Below the pieces are notes generated by a model. The model did no database searches. It saw only the letters and a list, made by a program, of their open reading frames with translations, and was not told the origin of the DNA. From Anaeramoeba ignava BMAN (Eukaryota > Protista > Anaeramoebae), in NCBI GenBank assembly GCA_028826165.1, contig JAPDFW010000075.1, positions 248,001-312,000 of the forward strand: a DNA stretch of 64,000 nt, read 5' to 3'. Shown in pieces: positions 52,841 through 61,388 of the stretch. Positions within the stretch are counted from its first letter, which is position 1. Each line of letters begins with the position of its first letter. Position numbers and translations under genes: made by a program.

Positions 52841-54159
52841 TGAAGATGAAATTGAGAAAGATGTTATTGTTATAAGTAACCTTCCTTTTTCATTAACAGA
52901 AACAGAACTTAAAGAAGAAATTTCTAAATTTGTGGGAGTGTAAAAATTTAAAAACAATTTAAAATATAAAACAAGAAATTTATTAAATTATTATCTTTCT
53001 AAAAAGGGAAAATGTTCTTCTTTGTCAAAGAGATGGAAAACCAACTGGAAATGGATATGTTCATTTAAAAAATTCTTCAGATACACAAAAAATAATTAAA
53101 TTATTAAATCAAACAAGATTTTTTGGTCGAATAATTAGAGTTGAAATGGCGAAAAAAAATTCAAAATCAAAGAAAACAAAAAATCCAAAATCAAAAAAAT
53201 CTCAAAATCAAAATCAAAATGGATCTGAAAAAAAAAAAAGTAAAACTGGAATTCATGTTTCAAATTTATCTTTTGAAATGAAAGATGAAGAATTTAAGAA
53301 AATTTTTGAAAAATTTCAAGTAAAAGAAGCAAGAATTGCAAGAAATAAAAATGGGAAAAGTAAAGGATTTGGATTTGTTGAATTTGAAACAGAAGAAGAT
53401 CAAAAAGAAGCTTTGAAACTTAATGGAACTGAATTTTTTAATCGAAAAATTGGGATTCGAATATCTTTTGAAGAATCTGAAGAAGAAAATAACAAAACAG
53501 AAATTGTTTCAAATCAAAATCAAAATCAAAATCAAAATCAAAATCAAAATCAAAATGAAAATCAAAATCAAATTCAAAATCAAAATCAAAATCAAAATGA
53601 AAATGAAAATGAAAATGAAAATGAAAATGAAAATGAAGATGAAAATGAAGATGAAAATTCAAATTCAAAATCAAATTCAAATTCAACATCAAGATTTAAT
53701 CCAAAATCAAATTCTGATTCAAATTCAAATTCAACATCAAGATTTAATCCAAAATCAAATTCAAGATTTAATCCAAAATCAAATTCAAGATTTAATCCAA
53801 AATCAAATTCAAGATTTAATCCAAAATCAAATTCAAGATTTAATCCAAAATCAAATTCTGATTCAAATTCAAATCCAACATCAAGATTTAATCCAAAATC
53901 AAATTCAAATTCAATTTCAAATTCAAGATTTAATCCAAAATTAAATTCAAATTCAAATTCAACATCAAGATTTAATCCAAAATCAAATTCTGATTCAAAT
54001 TCAAATTCAAGATTTAATCCAAAATCAAATTCAAGATTTAATCCAAAATCAAGATTTAATCCAAAATCAAATTCAAATTCAAATTCAACATCAAGATTTA
54101 ATCCAAAATCAAATTCAAATTCAAATTCAACATCAAGATTTAATCCAAAATCAAATTAA
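52821..54159 (+). CDS. Two-RRM RNA-binding region with NQ/NE tract and SRFNPK repeats; exons 52821-52939, 53007-54159
   Basis: RRM1 VIVISNLPFSLTETEL..TGNGYVHL; RRM2 IHVSNLSFEM..KSKGFGFVEF (RNP2/RNP1). Confidence 0.8.
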
Positions 54160-54390
54160 AATCCAAATTCAATTTCAAATTCAAAATCAAAATCAAAATC
54201 AAAATTCAATTTCAAATTCAAAATCAAAATCAAAATCAAAATCAAATTCAAATTCAAATTCAAATTCAAATCCAAATTCAACTTCAACATCAAAATCAAA
54301 ATCAAGATTTAATCCAAAATCAAATTCAAGATTTAATCCAAAATCAAATTCAAGATTTAATCCAAAATTAAATTAAAATTTAAAATGGAG

Positions 54391-54419
54391 AATGAGGAAA
54401 AAAAAAATGAAAAGAAATT
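54391..54419. repeat. Left copy of perfect 29-bp direct repeat AATGAGG(A)10TGAAAAGAAATT flanking the ankyrin-BTB gene
   Basis: Identical to 57915-57943. Confidence 0.8.
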
Positions 54420-54493
54420 TTTGCTTTTTGAATGAATTAATTTGTTTCTGGAAAAAAATTCAATTAAGGATAAAGAAATTTTTTGATTTCAAA

Positions 54494-57400
54494 TCAATTC
54501 AAAATTAAATCAATAATTGAATTTTGATTTAATTGATAATAATCTTTTAAATCTGAAAATTCTTCATAATTTTCTTTTTTAATCTTATTTGATTCAAATT
54601 CATCATGATAAAGAAAGTAAATGAATTGATTTAATGTTGAAAATGATTTTCCTGAATAATCATGAACTTGATTTGATGAATCTTGAACACTTAAAAACAT
54701 TCCTTTGAATAATTCACTTCTTATAATTAATATTAATTTATGAACTTTGATTGATTTTTCTTCTTTTTGATTTTCTTTTTCTTCTTGATAAATTATTGTG
54801 AAATCTTTTGTTGATTCTTGTTGATATAATTGTTGAAAATCTTTTAGAATTCCTTTTCTTCCTTTTTTATTTTCAATCCATTTTGAATCAAATCCAATTT
54901 CTTGAAATATTTCTTCAATTTTTTCATCTTCATTTTCATCTTCATTTTCATTTTCATCTTCATCTTCATCTTCATCTTCATCTTCATCTTCATCTTCATC
55001 TTCATCTTCATTTTCATCTTCATCTTCATTTTCATCTTCATCTTCATTTTCATCTTCATTTTCATTTTCATTTTCATTTTCATCTTCATCTTCATCTTCA
55101 TCTTCATTTTCATCTTCATTTTCATCTTCATTTTCATTTTCATTTTCATCTTCATTTTCATTTTCATCTTCATCTTCATCTTCATCTTCATTTTCATCTG
55201 AGAAAAAATTGAAAAAATGATTAAAATTAGGAAATCCAGTATAAAGAAAATTAAGAGCAATTCGAACATCTTCTTTGGATTTCTGTTGACAAATATTGAT
55301 TAATCTTTGTAAAATTGAATTATCATTATTGAATCTTGTTAATAAAATCAATTTATGAACATAAAATTTGAAACCATTATTTGATTGAATTTGATAATCT
55401 GAAAAATTGTCTTTATCATTTGAAATCAATAATTTGTTCATATCTTGATTGATTGAATAAATTTTTGAAAATAAATCAATAAATTCTTTTGTGATTTGCC
55501 GTTTTTCCAATTTAAAAACATTTGCATCATTCATCAATAATAATTGAATTAATTTTTGATTTTGGTTTTTAATTGATATTGAAAGTGCTGTTCGATTTCC
55601 ATCCCACCCTGTTGTTTTTGCATTAATATCAATTCCTTTTTCAATCAAATATTGGATAATTTCAAGTGATGAATTATATTGGCAAGCAAAATGTAAAGCT
55701 GTTTCATTTGAAATTGTTTTTTCATTAATATCAATTCCTTTTTCAATTAAATATTGAATAATTTCAAATGATGAATTTGGATTGGAACAAGCAAAATGTA
55801 AAGCGGTCATTTGAAAGTTTGGGCGTATACATGCATATGTATCTGTTTTTACATTAATATCAATTCCTTTTTCAATCAAATATTTGATAATTTCAAATGA
55901 TATATTTTTATTTAGGCAAGCAAAATGTAAAGCTGTTTCATTTGAAGTTGTTTTTGAATTAATATCAATTCCTTTTTCAATCAAATATTTGATAATTTCA
56001 AATGATGAATTTGGATTGGAACAAGCAAAATGTAAAGCTGTTTCATTTGAAATTGTTTTTGAATTAATATCAATTCCTTTTTCAATTAAATATTGGATAA
56101 TTTCAAATGATATATTTTTATTTAGGCAAGCAAAATGTAAAGCTGTTTCATTTGAAGTTGTTTTTGAATTAATATCAATTCCTTTTTCAATCAAATATTT
56201 GATAATTTCAAATGATGAATTTGGATTGGAACAAGCAAAATGTAAAGCGGTCATTTGAAAGTTTGGGCGTATACATGCATATGGATCTGTTTTTGAATTA
56301 ATATCAATTCCTTTTTCAATCAAATATTTGATAATTTCAAATGATATATTTTTATTTAGGCAAGCAAAATGTAAAGCTGTTTCATTTGAAATTGTTTTTG
56401 AATTAATATCAATTCCTTTTTCAATTAAATATTGAATAATTTCAAGTGATGAATTATATTGGCAAGCAAAATGTAAAGCTGTTTCATTTGAAATTGTTTT
56501 TGAATTAATATCAATTCCTTTGGAAATCAAATATTGGATAATTTCAAGTGATGAATTATATTGGCAAGCAAAATGTAAAGCTGTTTCATTTGAAGTTGTT
56601 TTTGAATTAATATCAATTCCTTTTTCAATCAAATATTTGATAATTTCAAATGATGAATTTGGATTGGAACAAGCAAAATGTAAAGCGGTCATTTGAAAGT
56701 TTGGGCGTATACATGCATATGTATCTGTTTTTACATTAATATCAATTCCTTTTTCAATCAAATATTTGATAATTTCAAATGATATATTTTTATTTAGGCA
56801 AGCAAAATGTAAAGCTGTTTTATTTTGATTTGTTTTTGAATTAATATTAATTCCTTTGGAAATCAAATATTTGATAATTTCAAATGATATATTTTTATTT
56901 AGGCAAGCAAAATGTAAAGCTGTTTCATTTGAAATTGTTTTTGAATTAATATCAATTCCTTTTTCAATCAAATATTGGATAGTTTCAAATGATATATTTT
57001 TATTTAGGCAAGCAAAATGTAAAGCTGTTTTATTTGAAGTTGTTTTTGAATTAATATCAATTCCTTTTTCAATCAAATATTTGATAATTTCAAGTGATAT
57101 ATTTTTATTTAGGCAAGCAAAATGTAAAGCTGTTTCATTTGAAGTTGTTTTTGAATTAATATCAATTCCTTTTTCAATCAAATATTTGATAATTTCAAAT
57201 GATATATTTTTATTTAGGCAAGCAAAATGTAAAGCTGTTTCATTTTGATTTGTTTTTGAATTAATATTAATTCCTTTGGAAATCAAATATTTGATAATTT
57301 CAAGTGATGAATTTGGATTTGGATTTTGACAAGCAAAATGTAAAGCTGTTTTATTTGAAATTGTTTTTGAATTAATATCAATTCCTTTTTCAATCAAATA

Positions 57401-57868
57401 TTTGATAGTTTCAAATGATATATTTTTATTTAGGCAAGCAAAATGTAAAGCTGTTTTATTTGAAGTTGTTTTTGAATTAATATCAATTCCTTTTTCAATC
57501 AAATATTTGATAATTTCAATTGAATTTTCTTTGTTTAAATGAATCATTGAATAATATAAGATTGATTTTTGTTTATTATCTGTTGAATTGATTGAAATTC
57601 CATTTTCAATCAAATATTGAATAATTTCAATTCTTGAATTGTTTATAATTGAAATATGTAATGAATTTCTTCCCATTTTATCAATTGAATTTATTTTTAT
57701 TCCTTTTGAAATCAATAGTTTAATCATTTCAAGTGAAACTTGTTTTTCGATTGCAAAATGTAAAATTGGTTTGTTTTCTTTTTCTTTTTCTTTCTCTTTT
57801 TCTGAAATGGATTCAATTTGTTTCAATGATTCAATATTATTTTGTTCAATAATTTCAAAAATATTCAT
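54494..57868 (-). CDS. Ankyrin-repeat (~20 repeats) + tandem BTB/POZ protein, 1124 aa, intronless
   Basis: Repeated TALHFAC..IIKYLIEKGIDINSKT; BTB motifs FSDYQI..FYVHKLILLTRF and KDFTII..VHKLILIIRSELFKGMF; E/D/N acidic insertion. Confidence 0.92.
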   Translation of the reverse strand: MNIFEIIEQNNIESLKQIESISEKEKEKEKENKPILHFAIEKQVSLEMIKLLISKGIKINSIDKMGRNSLHISIINNSRIEIIQYLIENGISINSTDNKQKSILYYSMIHLNKENSIEIIKYLIEKGIDINSKTTSNKTALHFACLNKNISFETIKYLIEKGIDINSKTISNKTALHFACQNPNPNSSLEIIKYLISKGININSKTNQNETALHFACLNKNISFEIIKYLIEKGIDINSKTTSNETALHFACLNKNISLEIIKYLIEKGIDINSKTTSNKTALHFACLNKNISFETIQYLIEKGIDINSKTISNETALHFACLNKNISFEIIKYLISKGININSKTNQNKTALHFACLNKNISFEIIKYLIEKGIDINVKTDTYACIRPNFQMTALHFACSNPNSSFEIIKYLIEKGIDINSKTTSNETALHFACQYNSSLEIIQYLISKGIDINSKTISNETALHFACQYNSSLEIIQYLIEKGIDINSKTISNETALHFACLNKNISFEIIKYLIEKGIDINSKTDPYACIRPNFQMTALHFACSNPNSSFEIIKYLIEKGIDINSKTTSNETALHFACLNKNISFEIIQYLIEKGIDINSKTISNETALHFACSNPNSSFEIIKYLIEKGIDINSKTTSNETALHFACLNKNISFEIIKYLIEKGIDINVKTDTYACIRPNFQMTALHFACSNPNSSFEIIQYLIEKGIDINEKTISNETALHFACQYNSSLEIIQYLIEKGIDINAKTTGWDGNRTALSISIKNQNQKLIQLLLMNDANVFKLEKRQITKEFIDLFSKIYSINQDMNKLLISNDKDNFSDYQIQSNNGFKFYVHKLILLTRFNNDNSILQRLINICQQKSKEDVRIALNFLYTGFPNFNHFFNFFSDENEDEDEDEDENENEDENENENEDENEDENEDEDEDEDENENENENEDENEDEDENEDEDENEDEDEDEDEDEDEDEDEDENENEDENEDEKIEEIFQEIGFDSKWIENKKGRKGILKDFQQLYQQESTKDFTIIYQEEKENQKEEKSIKVHKLILIIRSELFKGMFLSVQDSSNQVHDYSGKSFSTLNQFIYFLYHDEFESNKIKKENYEEFSDLKDYYQLNQNSIIDLILN

Positions 57869-57914
57869 TTTTCTTTTAATTCTTTATTTCAAAATGAAAA
57901 AAAAATGAAAAAAA

Positions 57915-57943
57915 AATGAGGAAAAAAAAAATGAAAAGAAATT
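57915..57943. repeat. Right copy of the 29-bp direct repeat
   Basis: Identical to 54391-54419. Confidence 0.8.
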
Positions 57944-57951
57944 AACCGTTA
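57944..57951 (+). promoter_or_regulatory. AACCGTTA Myb-type motif 214 nt upstream of the NEK ATG
   Basis: Same octamer and almost the same spacing as upstream of TOP2. Confidence 0.4.
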
Positions 57952-58157
57952 TTTTTTTTTATTGTTTAAAAATTAATAAATAAAAAGAAATCAAATTAAT
58001 AGTTTCAATTAAAAATTAAAATAAAAAAAAGGAGAAAAAAAAATTCCATTTTTTAAAAAGAAAATCCAAATAAAAAAACGTTGAAAAAAAAACAAAAACA
58101 AAAACAAAAACAAAAATAATTTTTTTTCATTTTTTTTTTCAATTTTTTTTTTATTTG

Positions 58158-61100
58158 ATGGATGATTATCAATTATTAAAGAAAATTGGAGAAGGAAGTT
58201 ATGGAGTTGTATATCTTGTTCGATCAAAAAAAACTGGTGGAATGAGTGTTATAAAAAAAGTATCATTAAAAGATATGAGTGAGAAAGAAAGAAAAAAAGT
58301 TCATAAAGAAGCAAGAATATTACAAATGCTACATCATCCAAATATAGTTTCTTGTATTTATTTATTTTAAAAAAATTTTTGGAAAAATTTTCCGATTTTT
58401 AATTTTTATTATTTTTATTTGACTTTGATTTGAATATTTTTTAAATTTTGAATTGAATTAAATTATAAATAAAATTATAAATAAAAATATAAATAAAATT
58501 ATAAATTAAATTATAAATAAAATTATAAATTAAATTATAAATAAATATAAATAAAATTATAAATAAAAATATAAATAAAAATATAAATAAAAATATAAAT
58601 AAAATTATAAATAAAATTATAAATAAAAATATAAAATAAATTATAAATTAAATTATAAATTAAATTATAAATTAACAAAATATAAATTAAATTATAAATA
58701 AAATTATAAATTAAATTATAAATTAAATTATAAATTATAAATAAAAAATTATAAATAAAATTATAAATAAAATTATAAATAAAATTATAAATAAAATTAT
58801 AAATTAAATTATAAATTAAATTATAAATAAAATTATAAATTAAATTATAAATTAAATTATAAATTAAATTATAAATTAAATTATAAATTAAATTATAAAT
58901 AAATTATAAATTAAATTATAAATAAAATTATAAATCAAATTATAAATAAAGTTATAAATTAAATTATAAATTAAATTATAAATTAAATTATAAATAAATT
59001 AATTTATAAATTAAATTATAAATAAATTTATAAATAAAAATATAAATTAAATTATAAATTAAATTATAAATAAAATTATAAATAAAATTATAAATTAAAT
59101 TATAAATAAAATATAAATTAAATTATAAATTAAATTATAAATAAAATTATAAATAAAATTATAAATAAAATTATAAATAAAAATAATAAATTAAATTATA
59201 AATAAAATTATAAATTAAATTATAAATAAAATTATAAATAAAATTATAAATAAAATAATAAATTAAATTATAAATTATAAATTAAATTATAAATTAAATT
59301 ATTAATAAAATTATAAATTAAATTACAAATTAAATTATAAATAAAAATATAAATTAAATTATAAATTAAATTATAAATTAAATTATAAATTAAATTATAA
59401 ATAAAATAATAAATTAAATTATAAATAAAATTATAAATAAAATAATAAATTAAATTATAAATTAAATTATAAATTAAATTATAAATAAATTAATTTATAA
59501 ATTGAATTGTAGATTATGATAGTTTTGAAGATCCAGAAACAGGATCTTTCTGCTTAGTAATGGAATATGTTTCAGGAGGAGATTTAAGAATGAAAATCAA
59601 AGAAAAACAAGACCAAGGAGAATATTTTACAGAAGAAGAAATATATACAATTTTAATACAATTAATATCAGGATTAAAAGAAATTCAAGATCACAAAATA
59701 ATCCATCGGGATTTAAAAAGTGCAAACATATTTATAAGCAAAAAAGGACTTTTAAAAATAGGAGATTTTGGGATTTCAAGGATTTTATCAAACACATATG
59801 AAAAGGCAAAAACACTAATAGGGACACCTTATTATATAAGCCCAGAAATACTTGAGAATAAACCTTATTCTTTTCAGTCGGATATATGGTCTTTAGGAGT
59901 TGTAATTTACGAGATTTGCCATCTCAAAAGACCTTTTGAATCAGATAATATTTATGGATTAGTTCTCAAAATTCTCAACTCTGAACCCCCTTCTTTGCCA
60001 AGTTTTTACGCAAAAGATTTGCAGGATTTTATTCTTTCGTTCTTGCAAAAAGACCCTCAAAAAAGACCCACAATCACTCAAGCATATGAATCTCCCTTTA
60101 TTCAGTCTCTAAGCCAGAAATACACTTCATCTATAATGTTTAAAATCAATTTATCCAATGCTTTTAATAAAAATCCTGATAGTCATCATAACCCAAAGTC
60201 AAATCAACGTTCTCATAAAAATGTCTTCAAGACAAAATCAAATCGAAAGAAATTTCATCAAACTCTTTCTCCAGTTCATGTTGTAAAAATGAATGATTTG
60301 CAAAACTCAAAACCTATTTCTCAGTTTCATTCTGAAAATCATAAACTAAGAAATCAACGAGCACTTCGACCAATTGATATAAATTCAAATTATCCAAATT
60401 ATCCAAATTATTCAAATCAATCCAAAAATACAAATTATCAAAATTTGCCCAAATTTCAAAACAAATTTCAAAACAAATTCCAATCAGAAATGAAACCAAA
60501 AATCACCACAAACCATTATTTAATAAATCAAGGAGTTGAACCAAGATTATCAATTATAAACGATTCCACTGAAAACTTTCACAATATGACAAATAGTCAA
60601 TCCGAACTAAGTATTCCCAGATCACATTTAAGTCCATATTATAACCAACAACACAATTACAACTCTCCTATTTTACAAGAAGAAACAAGACTTTCATCGT
60701 CAATATCGTTTCTAAAACCAATCCAAATTTATCAAGATCAAAACCCAAGTCCGTATATTAATTCATATCAAAAAGAATCTCCAGAAAATAAAGAAAAAGA
60801 ACAGAAACTTCAAATACAACAAATCCAAGTTAAAGATCGAGAAAGATTGTTTCGAATCAATTCCTATTTGGAAAAAAAAGAAAAAATGGTTGGAAAAAAG
60901 CAAAAAAATCATTTGCCAAAAATACTTTTTTCTGAACAAAAAGATGAACAAATGGAAAAATTTTCTGGTGAAAAAAAATCAATCAAAAATTTTCCTTCAG
61001 AAATTCTTGACCAAACTTCATTATCTCCAGATGAAAGTATTCATAATAAATTTGATAAAATTCGATATTTTATTGAATCACAAATTGGATCTGATTTATT

Positions 61101-61293
61101 TTCTCAAGTTCATCAGAAAATTTTTGATTATCAAAAATATCAAAATTCTGAAAATTTTTCAGAACAAAATGAATTTTTATCTGAAATTTCAAAACTTATG
61201 GATGGAAAGTTTGATTGGATTCCTTTAATTGAAAGACTTGTTCGTTGTGAGATTTTTGCTAATCAACAAATGAATATGGATATTTTTAAATGA
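58158..61293 (+). CDS. NIMA-related (NEK) Ser/Thr kinase; exons 58158-58353, 59513-61293
   Basis: IGEGSYG, VIKKV, HHPNIVS-YYDSF, IIHRDLKSANIF, KIGDFGISR, GTPYYISPE, SDIWSLG; NEK1/11-like C-terminal helical segment. Confidence 0.93.
58480..59500. repeat. 12-bp intronic repeat ATAAAT(T/A)AAATT in the NEK intron
   Basis: Direct reading. Confidence 0.9.
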
Positions 61294-61388
61294 AAAAATT
61301 TTTATAAATTTAATTTAATCTTTTTTTCTTTTCAAAATAAACTTTGTTAAAATTTCATTTTTTTCTTTTTTTTTTCAATTTTTAAAAA

